DNA of 61,747 nucleotides from NCBI GenBank assembly GCA_045601715.1, contig JAZSAD010000093.1:1-61747 (forward strand), read 5' to 3'. Source of the stretch: Faecousia sp. GTDB lineage: Bacteria > Bacillota > Clostridia > Oscillospirales > Oscillospiraceae. The position numbers and the translations under genes were made by a program. Positions 1 through 7,703 of the stretch are shown here, piece after piece; the stretch's first letter is position 1; each line of letters starts with the position of its first letter. The notes under the pieces were generated by a model that was not told the DNA's origin, searched no databases, and saw nothing but the letters and a program-made list of their open reading frames with translations.

Positions 1-1
1 C

Positions 2-1540
2 CCCCTGGCAGTGATCGATGCTATGGAGCGCAAACTGGAGCTGCTGCGGAACGGTCAGGGTCCTGTTATGCTGGAAACCCTCACTTACCGTTTCTCTGGC
101 CACTCCGTCTCCGACCAGAACGCATACCGTACCAAGGAAGAGATGGACGCTTGGAAGGAAGTCGATCCTCTGACCACCTATCCTGCAGAGCTGGTTAAGG
201 CTGGCGTGCTGACTCAGGCTGAGGTTGACGCGATCCTGGAAGAAACTAAGGAGCGTATGACTCTGATCTGCAAGGCAGCTGCTGACCCTGAGATCAGCCC
301 CTACTGCGACTTCAAGGCCGATCCTGCTGTTGTGGAGCGCCTGATGTACTCCAACCAGAAGGTTGAGAAGTTCACCGACCGCACCCCCGAGTTCACCGTT
401 CCCAAGGAAGAGGCTGAGGGCTACAAGAAGATCAAGTCCAAGAGCCGCAGCCCCATTGGCCCCGACGGCAAGCCTGTTTCCAAGATGAAGCTGTACAACC
501 TCCGGGACGCTCTGTCCGAGGTTATCTGGGACCGCTTCTATGAGGATCCCACCTTGATCGCTTACGGCGAAGACTGCCGTGACTGGGGTGGCGCATTCGC
601 TGTTTACCGTGGCATGATGGATGCTCTGCCTCACTGCCGCCTGTTCAACTCTCCTCTGGCTGAGGGCGCTATCGTGGGTACTGCTGTTGGTTATGCTCTG
701 TCCGGTGGCCGCGCTCTGGTTGAGCTGATGTACGCTGACTTCATCGGCTGCGCCGGTGACGAAATCTTCAACCAGATGGCTAAGTGGCAGTCTATGTCTG
801 CTGGCATCCTGAAGATGCCTCTGGTTCTGCGTGTGTCCGTTGGCTCCAAGTACGGCGCTCAGCACTCTCAGGACTGGACCGCACTGTGCGCGCACATTCC
901 CGGCCTGAAGGTTTGCTTCCCCGCAACTCCTTGGGAAGCTAAGGGTCTGATGGAGACCGCCCTGAAGGGTACCGATCCCGTTGTATTCTTCGAGTCTCAG
1001 AGAATCTACGACGTGGGCGAGCAGTTCCACGAAGGTGGCGTTCCTGAGGAACGTTACGAGATCACCATTGGTGATGTAAACAAGATTCGTGAGGGGAAGG
1101 ATGTTACCATTCTGACCATGGGCGCTGTTCTGTACCGCGCTATGGACGCTGTTAAGACCCTGTCCGAGAAGTACGGCATGGAGGCTGAGGTTATCAACCT
1201 GCACTCCCTGGCTCCTCTGGATTACACCGAGATTGTGAAGTCTGTTCGTAAGACCGGCCGTGTGGTTCTGGTATCCGATGCCTGCGCCCGTGGCAGCTTT
1301 ATGAACGATGTTGCCCGCAACATCACCGAGCTGTGCTTCGACGATCTGGATGCACCTCCCGTTGTGATCGGCGCTAAGAACTGGATCACACCTCCCTTCG
1401 AGTTCGACGAGTACTTCTTCCCCCAGGCAAACTGGATTCTGGACGCTATCAACGACAAGCTGGTTCCCCTGGCAGGTCACGTGTCCACCACCGGCTGCAC
1501 TGAGGCTGAGCACATCCGCCGCGCTAAGGAAGGCGTGTAA
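2..1540 (+). CDS. 2-oxoacid/acetoin dehydrogenase E1 alpha-beta fusion protein (5'-truncated by window edge)
   Basis: E1-alpha C-terminal motif TYRFSGHSVSD...DPL is followed in frame by E1-beta/transketolase-C motifs (YGED, FNSPLAEGAIVG, ELMYADF, GAQHSQ, DPVVFFE). The frame is open to the window start. Confidence 0.9.
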   Translation, partial: PLAVIDAMERKLELLRNGQGPVMLETLTYRFSGHSVSDQNAYRTKEEMDAWKEVDPLTTYPAELVKAGVLTQAEVDAILEETKERMTLICKAAADPEISPYCDFKADPAVVERLMYSNQKVEKFTDRTPEFTVPKEEAEGYKKIKSKSRSPIGPDGKPVSKMKLYNLRDALSEVIWDRFYEDPTLIAYGEDCRDWGGAFAVYRGMMDALPHCRLFNSPLAEGAIVGTAVGYALSGGRALVELMYADFIGCAGDEIFNQMAKWQSMSAGILKMPLVLRVSVGSKYGAQHSQDWTALCAHIPGLKVCFPATPWEAKGLMETALKGTDPVVFFESQRIYDVGEQFHEGGVPEERYEITIGDVNKIREGKDVTILTMGAVLYRAMDAVKTLSEKYGMEAEVINLHSLAPLDYTEIVKSVRKTGRVVLVSDACARGSFMNDVARNITELCFDDLDAPPVVIGAKNWITPPFEFDEYFFPQANWILDAINDKLVPLAGHVSTTGCTEAEHIRRAKEGV

Positions 1541-1546
1541 GAGAAT

Positions 1547-2185
1547 ATGGAGATACAGCGCACTGCCAATGCCGGTGTCCTGCTGAAAATGGACGGCGTG
1601 TCCATTCTGTTGGATGGTCTGGCAGACAGGGTGGAAGGATATCTCCCTACACCTGCTGAAATGGCTGAGAGGTTACTGGAGAATCCGCCGGATATTCTGG
1701 CGTTTACCCACTACCATGCAGACCACTGCAGTGATGCGTTGCTTCTCCCATACCGCAAACAGAATCTCCGGCCCATAATTGGGCCGGAGTCACTGTATTC
1801 AGGTGGTATCAAAGTGGGAGAGGTGACCGTAACACCGGTGGAAAGCCGGCACCTGGGCCGTACAGAGCCGAGTTTGCTTCACACCAGTTATATTCTCCAA
1901 GGTAGTAAATCCGTGTGGTTTATGGGGGATGCAGCCCCTCTTCAATGGAAAAACCGCACCGAGTTACCCAAGCCGGACTTGTTGGTCGCTCCCTATGCCT
2001 ATGGCAATACCAAAGCAGTTTGGGAAATGTCCTGCAGCCTGACAAAGAATATTGTTCTTTTGCACCTTCCGGACAGAAGCAACGATTTGTACCGCCTGTG
2101 GGATGGGGTAGATACAACCACAGCCCAAAGAAACAACGTAAATCTTTGGATTCCCCAAATAGGAGAAACCATAACGATTCCATAA
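1547..2185 (+). CDS. MBL-fold metallo-hydrolase
   Basis: HxHxDH motif (THYHADH) plus later H and GD motifs; 6 bp downstream of the E1 gene. Confidence 0.8.
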   Translation: MEIQRTANAGVLLKMDGVSILLDGLADRVEGYLPTPAEMAERLLENPPDILAFTHYHADHCSDALLLPYRKQNLRPIIGPESLYSGGIKVGEVTVTPVESRHLGRTEPSLLHTSYILQGSKSVWFMGDAAPLQWKNRTELPKPDLLVAPYAYGNTKAVWEMSCSLTKNIVLLHLPDRSNDLYRLWDGVDTTTAQRNNVNLWIPQIGETITIP

Positions 2186-2219
2186 AAATCACCCGTTCCT
2201 ACAATGAACGGGTGATTTT
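2185..2219. terminator. Bidirectional intrinsic terminator
   Basis: AAAATCACCCGTTC-7nt-GAACGGGTGATTTT between convergent genes. Confidence 0.8.
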
Positions 2220-2220
2220 G

Positions 2221-4089
2221 TTATTTGTAGTAGTTGCAGGTAAGCAGCAAATTGCTGACATTCCGGTATTTGGCAGATAAGACTGCCATTTCTTCGATTT
2301 CCTCCTGGGAAACTGTCCGGTTTTGTTCATTCATCAGAATGTCTTCATCCTGCCATGCAACGCCGTCGCAAATCCAGCTGCCGTCTGGGAACAAAACATA
2401 GCCTTTGTAGTTGGGATCAAATGCATCCTGACCTAAATAGGAATAGGGGGAATCCGCACCCAGCAGATTCAGCATAGTGGGTAGGAAGTCGGAGGTGTTC
2501 AACGTCTTGCTGACTTCCAGATCCGGACCGTTTGCAGACCATACAAAGCAAGGCGTCTTCTCCAGCAACAGCTCTTTGTCTACACCGGAATGGTCGTACA
2601 GCTCGTCCATATCCTTGTAGCCGTAGGTGTAGTGGTCGGTCATACCGATAATCACCGTATTCTCCAGCTGACCCTTTGCTTCCAGCTCCTGCAACAGACG
2701 GGCGAACATATCGTCCACCAGCTTGGCCTTCACCCGGGCGCAGTCCTCTTCCTCGCTGTCATAAAGACCACGATAGTTGGGGTATTGCTTCAGGGCAAAA
2801 TGGCTAAGGACTTCGTTGTACTTATAGCTTAAATGGGCAGAACGGGTGATAATGGTGTTAAAAGTGGCGCCGTCCCGGAAGAAATCGTCCTTGATTTCCG
2901 GATTATCAAACAGGTAAACATCACTGTACAGATCATCTTTTTCCTTGGTATAGTCCTCGTAGCACACATAGCTCTCGTAGCCCATAGCCGGCTCAAAAAC
3001 ACCGCGGCTGTAAAAACTGGGATCGTTGTAGTGGAACACCTTGGCAGAATAGCCGTTTCTGGTCATTTGAGAGGCAATAGACTGCTTGTAGCTGTTGGTA
3101 ACATAGTCAAATACATAGCTGCCGGTAGTAGGCAGATAAATGCCGGTGTTCATACAGAATTCGGAGTTTAAGGTACGAGCGCTGCCGTAGCCGGGGGTGT
3201 AGAAATTGGTGAAATGGATACCTTCGTCCATCAGTCGGCAGATGGTGGGAGTATCCTCCTGAGTAATCATCCAGTCGTCCATGGACTCCATCAAAACAAG
3301 AACCACATTCTTGCCTTTGAAAATACCGGTCATATTGTTATCTTGGTGCTGACCCCGCTCAGCAAAATACTGATCCACAGTGTTTTTTTGCTGATTGATT
3401 ACTTTTCGGTAGGCAGGGGTGAGGGGATACAGCTCATTGACCCAAATATCCCGCATAGTCAGTTGATAAATGCCGGTAATGTCGTAAACCTTCCTGGTGT
3501 CGTACATGGTGTTGTAGGTAGCGCGGTAGGAAGAGGACTGGGCATACTCAGAATGCGTACCCCAGATGTCATTGTCCTTTTGAAAAATCGCCTCCGGCAG
3601 AAAACAAAGTCCGATAATGCAAGCAACGCTGCAGCCAAGATAGGGAAGTCGCAGTAAAATATTTCCGGTGGGCTTGGGGTAGAACCAAATCAGCGCGACA
3701 CCCAAACCAATCATTGTGATGAGACTTAGCCACCAAGGAAGGGGGAAATAGTACATTACATCCCCAATAAAGGTAGCGCCTTCACCGGCATAGCCGATGG
3801 TGGAAAACCACATCATCTTATCAAAAACCTGGTTGTATCCTGCCTGCGCTAAGGTCCAAAGGAGGATGAAGTAATAAATAATACCGAAAAGGATTCTGCT
3901 CACCTTTCGTGGAAAACACAACACAATGCCGGAAAGCATTGCTGCCCACAGGGCGCCAAAGGCCAGTCCGGATGCTGCATCCGGCTTCAGCAGCAAGAAT
4001 GCCAGCAGCTCTACCAAAAAGAATGCTGCAAATAAAATCAGGAAATCCGTAAAAAACTGCCACAAAGGTTTTTGAAAATGTTTTGACAC
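2221..4089 (-). CDS. LTA synthase family / sulfatase-like membrane protein
   Basis: About 5 N-terminal TM segments, then VLMESM, TLNSEF and TDH alkaline-phosphatase-superfamily motifs. Start moved to GTG 4089 because a GGAGG RBS precedes it and the ATG at 4122 abuts a -10 box. Confidence 0.85.
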   Translation of the reverse strand: MSKHFQKPLWQFFTDFLILFAAFFLVELLAFLLLKPDAASGLAFGALWAAMLSGIVLCFPRKVSRILFGIIYYFILLWTLAQAGYNQVFDKMMWFSTIGYAGEGATFIGDVMYYFPLPWWLSLITMIGLGVALIWFYPKPTGNILLRLPYLGCSVACIIGLCFLPEAIFQKDNDIWGTHSEYAQSSSYRATYNTMYDTRKVYDITGIYQLTMRDIWVNELYPLTPAYRKVINQQKNTVDQYFAERGQHQDNNMTGIFKGKNVVLVLMESMDDWMITQEDTPTICRLMDEGIHFTNFYTPGYGSARTLNSEFCMNTGIYLPTTGSYVFDYVTNSYKQSIASQMTRNGYSAKVFHYNDPSFYSRGVFEPAMGYESYVCYEDYTKEKDDLYSDVYLFDNPEIKDDFFRDGATFNTIITRSAHLSYKYNEVLSHFALKQYPNYRGLYDSEEEDCARVKAKLVDDMFARLLQELEAKGQLENTVIIGMTDHYTYGYKDMDELYDHSGVDKELLLEKTPCFVWSANGPDLEVSKTLNTSDFLPTMLNLLGADSPYSYLGQDAFDPNYKGYVLFPDGSWICDGVAWQDEDILMNEQNRTVSQEEIEEMAVLSAKYRNVSNLLLTCNYYK

Positions 4090-4220
4090 GGAGCGGTCCT
4101 CCAAAAAGAAAAGATTATCCATAGTTTACCACAAATTGTCTATAAAAACAACAAAGAATCCATAGTTTACAAAGAATTTTAAAAGCCGCAATTTCTTTTG
4201 CAAAAACGGCAAAAAAGTGC

Positions 4221-4249
4221 TTGACAAATAAGGTCTACGTGGCTATAAT
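4221..4249 (+). promoter_or_regulatory. sigma-A promoter of tRNA-Thr/Tyr operon
   Basis: TTGACA-17-TATAAT, perfect consensus. Confidence 0.85.
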
Positions 4250-4269
4250 ATGAATGTTCTGTTTGAGCT

Positions 4270-4345
4270 GCCGGTATAGCTCAGTTGGTAGAGCAGCTGA
4301 TTTGTAATCAGCAGGTCGGGGGTTCGAGTCCGTCTACCGGCTCCA
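4270..4345 (+). tRNA. tRNA-Thr(TGT)
   Basis: GCCGGTA acceptor stem, AGCTCAGTTGGTAGAGC D-arm, anticodon loop TTTGTAA, GGTTCGAGTCC T-arm, encoded CCA; 76 nt. Confidence 0.97.
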
Positions 4346-4371
4346 ACCAGAAGCTTGAACAAATTGTATAT

Positions 4372-4456
4372 GGGGGAGTTCCCGAGTGGCCAAAGGGGAC
4401 AGACTGTAAATCTGCTGCGTATCGCTTCGATGGTTCGAATCCGTCCTCCCCCACCA
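4372..4456 (+). tRNA. tRNA-Tyr(GTA)
   Basis: Anticodon loop CTGTAAA, long variable arm, GGTTCGAATCC T-arm, encoded CCA; 85 nt. Confidence 0.97.
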
Positions 4457-4498
4457 CAAAAAGACCGAATGCTTTTGCATTCGGTCTTTTTGTGGTGG
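4451..4498. terminator. Long hairpin/terminator overlapping tRNA-Tyr 3' end
   Basis: CCACCACAAAAAGACCGAATGC-TTTT-GCATTCGGTCTTTTTGTGGTGG, a perfect 22-bp inverted repeat. Confidence 0.8.
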
Positions 4499-4509
4499 AG
4501 GAGGACATA

Positions 4510-4591
4510 GGATTCGAAAGGGCGAGACCAGTCCGCAGGCTGGTGTAAAAATTGAGGGCTGGCGGGCAATTTTTAGCCCGGGGCAGAATCC
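4510..4591 (+). repeat. 82-bp structured tRNA-linked repeat core, copy 1
   Basis: 69/82 identical (hand alignment, no gaps) to the reverse complement of 46181-46262; both copies lie just downstream of a tRNA terminator. Confidence 0.9.
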
Positions 4592-4677
4592 AATGGTTGC
4601 AGAATGCAAGCCTAAGTCTTGTAGAATGCAATCAATTACCCGTCGCAGTAGACTATCGTGGCTTTTCCGCAGAAAAG

Positions 4678-4692
4678 CGAATCCGTCCTCCC
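4678..4692 (+). repeat. Direct repeat of tRNA-Tyr 3' segment (att-like)
   Basis: CGAATCCGTCCTCCC is identical to 4436-4450. Confidence 0.8.
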
Positions 4693-4800
4693 TGAGTCAG
4701 TACCGCACCCCGGTGGCTACCTTAATTTTAACCCTCGGCAAAAAAGCAAATCAAATTCGTCCTCTGCTTGCCAAATGATTGGAGCAGTAACAAATTATGC

Positions 4801-4828
4801 TTGCATTTTTTTATATTTATGTTATAAT
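4801..4828 (+). promoter_or_regulatory. sigma-A promoter (extended -10)
   Basis: TTGCAT-16-TATAAT with TG at the extended -10 position. Confidence 0.65.
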
Positions 4829-4858
4829 TTTCTCGATAAAATTCAGAAAGGAGACCTC

Positions 4859-4954
4859 TTGAAGGCTATGGACGACGGCGACAGTAATCCCTATACTCCC
4901 AATTTATATCGTATTGAAGTTCAGGCGAAGCGTAGTCCCCATCTGCGGATGTAA
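4859..4954 (+). CDS. Putative 31-aa leader ORF (uORF)
   Basis: AAAGGAG RBS 5 nt before TTG; reads (M)KAMDDGDSNPYTPNLYRIEVQAKRSPHLRM; lies between the promoter and the HlyC/CorC gene. Confidence 0.35.
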   Translation: MKAMDDGDSNPYTPNLYRIEVQAKRSPHLRM

Positions 4955-5023
4955 GGATTTAGGCTTTGCCTTTTGCGCGTTTTTTAATGTTTTTGATATA
5001 AATATGGAGGAAAATACTTTAAA

Positions 5024-6346
5024 ATGGACAATTCAATTGTATTTGTAATATGCTTGCAGCTGGTACTCATTGCGCTGAATGCAATTTTTGCCTGCGCGGA
5101 AATCGCTGTGATTTCCATGAACGATACCAAGCTTGCCAAAATGGCGGCAGAGGGGGATAAGCGGGCAATCCGCCTTGCCCGGCTGACCAGTCAGCCTGCC
5201 CGTTTTCTGGCAACCATTCAGGTGGCCATCACTCTGTCCGGCTTTTTAGGCTCTGCATTTGCGGCAGATAATTTTGCCGGCTTGCTGGTGACCGGACTGC
5301 AAAAACTGGGCGTTCCTCTGTCAGCAGAGGCGCTGCACTCTATTTCCGTTGTGCTGATCACCATTGTGCTTTCCTATTTTACCTTGGTATTTGGTGAGCT
5401 TGTCCCCAAGCAGGTGGCAATGCGTAAAGCAGAAAAGCTGGCGCTGGGTATGTCCGGCCTGATTAGCTTTATTTCTAAATTCTGCGCGCCTTTGGTGTGG
5501 CTGCTTACCGTTTCCACCAATGGCGTACTGCGGCTGATGGGCATTGATCCCAACGCTGTGCCCGAAGAGGTCAGCGAGGAAGAGATTCGTATGATGGTGG
5601 ATGCGGGTAACGAAAGCGGTACTATCGACAACGAGGAACGGGAATTCATTCAGAACGTGTTCGAATTTGATAATATTTCTGTTGAGGAGATTATCACCCA
5701 CAGAACCGATGTGACATTCCTGTACATGGAAGATGATTTGGATGTTTGGGATCAGACCATCACGGAAACCCGCTTTACTTACTATCCGATTTGTAAGGAA
5801 ACCCCCGACCATATTGTGGCTGTGCTGAACAGTAAGATATATTTTCGTATGAAGGATAAAACCAAGGAAGCGGTTTTGGAACAGGCAGTAACTGAAGCGT
5901 ATATTGTGCCGGAATCTCTGAAGGCAGACGTGCTGTTCCGAAATATGAAGAAGGAACATCAGCAAATTGCCGTGGTATTGGACGAATATGGCGGTGTGAG
6001 CGGTATTGTCACCATCAAGGACCTGATCGAGGAACTGGTGGGTGACCTGGAGGACGATATTTCCGAAGAAGAAACGTTCGAATCTATTGTCCAGCTGGAG
6101 GATGATCTTTGGCAGGCGGATGGCGCGGTCCTGCTGGAGGAACTGTCCCAGGTGCTGGGTATGCAGTTGGAATCCGAGGAGTATGACACCTTGAATGGTC
6201 TTGTGTTCCACCACCTAGGTACATCTCCCGAGGTGGACGAAGTGGTTGAACTGGAGGGACTGCAAATTACCGTAATCAAGACCCAAAATTATCAGGTAGA
6301 AATTGCGCTGGTTAAGAAACTTCCTATCCGGGAAGAAACAGAATAA
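5024..6346 (+). CDS. HlyC/CorC (CNNM/DUF21-CBS-CorC) family transporter, 'hemolysin family protein'
   Basis: LNAIFACAEIA, FLATIQVAIT, GELVPK, VLDEYGG, DTLNGL motifs; GGAGG RBS. Confidence 0.92.
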   Translation: MDNSIVFVICLQLVLIALNAIFACAEIAVISMNDTKLAKMAAEGDKRAIRLARLTSQPARFLATIQVAITLSGFLGSAFAADNFAGLLVTGLQKLGVPLSAEALHSISVVLITIVLSYFTLVFGELVPKQVAMRKAEKLALGMSGLISFISKFCAPLVWLLTVSTNGVLRLMGIDPNAVPEEVSEEEIRMMVDAGNESGTIDNEEREFIQNVFEFDNISVEEIITHRTDVTFLYMEDDLDVWDQTITETRFTYYPICKETPDHIVAVLNSKIYFRMKDKTKEAVLEQAVTEAYIVPESLKADVLFRNMKKEHQQIAVVLDEYGGVSGIVTIKDLIEELVGDLEDDISEEETFESIVQLEDDLWQADGAVLLEELSQVLGMQLESEEYDTLNGLVFHHLGTSPEVDEVVELEGLQITVIKTQNYQVEIALVKKLPIREETE

Positions 6347-6351
6347 TAATA

Positions 6352-6382
6352 AAAGACTCCTGTCCGTTGGACAGGAGTCTTT
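6352..6382. terminator. Bidirectional intrinsic terminator
   Basis: AAAGACTCCTGTCC-GTT-GGACAGGAGTCTTT between convergent genes. Confidence 0.8.
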
Positions 6383-6394
6383 CTATGTGAAAAA

Positions 6395-7681
6395 TTATTC
6401 GTGCATAAAGCTGGCAACTACATTCCGGTAGACTGCGTCGGCAATTTGCATATAGCCGGAGTGGGCGGGGTGGACACCGTTGGTACCCAGCACCTCAGTG
6501 GTCTGGCAGCGAGTGTTTACGGCCTTTTGCTTGGAGGGCAGGTTATACTCTGCGTCAAACTGACCGGCAAGGTCTACATATTCTACAAAGTCCTTCCAGC
6601 CGTCCTCGTTGCACCATGCCTGATATTCTTCGTCCAGGTCCATCTCATAGCTTGTCAGCGCATAAGAATCGCGACAGCCATAGCTGGTACCCATACCGCC
6701 GTTGAGGGAGTGGCCGGGCAGACCCAAAATCCGCACCTTCACATCAGGGAATGCCTCTTTCAGCTTGGTGATCAATTGCTTAGCCACGCTGACGACATGC
6801 TTGCAGTAATCCCTCTGGGAAAGTGTTTGGGCGATTTGGCTCATGCGGCCGTTGCGACCCAGCATCACGTAGACCGCATCGATGGTATCAATGTTGTGCT
6901 TTTTAGCGTAGGAGGCAAAATCTACACAGCCCTTGTCGTGGTCAAAGAAGGGAGATGAACCGCAGGGACTGCAGCTTTCAAAGTAAATCGGGTCTGTGTT
7001 TGTTGCGTTTTGATAATGGACCAAAGGCGGTTCGGTGGGGAAGGGGGAGTCGTGATCCATATACCGGTTGAACTTCAGATAGTCTACCTGCAGAGTCTCC
7101 AACTGCCAGATGGCGCCGTTGTGGTCCTTCCACAGGGAGTGCTGATTCTCCTGAGAGATGTTATTGTCATATTTTACCCACATAGCGCCGGGCTTATTGA
7201 CGAGGAAGCTCTCCCAGTGCCAACCACCGTAGCCTTCGCAGGGAGTACCTGCCTTAGTGGGTCTGCCGTGGAATTTCACAGCATCCTGAAAGCCCAAACC
7301 TGCAGGTACGCCGTCATTGGCTACAATACGACGGTTCAGCTCTGTGACCCAAGCGCCACCCTGAGTAAGGGAGTCGCCGATGCACAGAATATTCACAGGC
7401 TTTCCAGGAGCTTTGGGAACTACCACATTCAGTGTGGTCTCCGCACAGCCAAGCACAGTAAAGTCAGCATCAACTACCTGCAATGTGAGCTTATAGGTAC
7501 CGGGTTCGGTGGGGGTGTACTCATAGTAACGGGGAAAACTCTTACCCTGCTTACACTTAACTACGATGGAATATCTGTAAGGGTCGGGCGCTTCGATAAC
7601 ACTTCTGTAAAACAGCTGGAAGGTGTCGCCTACCACAAGGTCATACTTGTCAGCCAGAACAACTCTGATTTTTTCTGCCAT
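6395..7681 (-). CDS. SGNH/GDSL-family hydrolase, paralog B
   Basis: Block I LCIGDSLT, GYGGW, LGRN and C-terminal NGVHPAHSGYMQIA; paralog of 7704-9011. Confidence 0.8.
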   Translation of the reverse strand: MAEKIRVVLADKYDLVVGDTFQLFYRSVIEAPDPYRYSIVVKCKQGKSFPRYYEYTPTEPGTYKLTLQVVDADFTVLGCAETTLNVVVPKAPGKPVNILCIGDSLTQGGAWVTELNRRIVANDGVPAGLGFQDAVKFHGRPTKAGTPCEGYGGWHWESFLVNKPGAMWVKYDNNISQENQHSLWKDHNGAIWQLETLQVDYLKFNRYMDHDSPFPTEPPLVHYQNATNTDPIYFESCSPCGSSPFFDHDKGCVDFASYAKKHNIDTIDAVYVMLGRNGRMSQIAQTLSQRDYCKHVVSVAKQLITKLKEAFPDVKVRILGLPGHSLNGGMGTSYGCRDSYALTSYEMDLDEEYQAWCNEDGWKDFVEYVDLAGQFDAEYNLPSKQKAVNTRCQTTEVLGTNGVHPAHSGYMQIADAVYRNVVASFMHE

Positions 7682-7703
7682 TGTATTGTTCTCCCAATTT
7701 GGA

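Noticed and set aside
4090-4122. ATG 4122 as start of the LTA synthase-like gene
   Set aside because: It directly abuts a TAAACT -10 box; GGAGG plus GTG at 4089 fits better.
4597-4631. TTGCAGAATGCAA / TTGTAGAATGCAA pair as a CRISPR remnant
   Set aside because: Only two 13-bp units with a 9-bp gap, and no cas genes.
4243-4778. Several short ORFs over the tRNA-Thr/Tyr region, and likewise at 46020-46470
   Set aside because: They overlap tRNA genes and the structured repeat; their mutual peptide similarity only reflects the shared DNA repeat.
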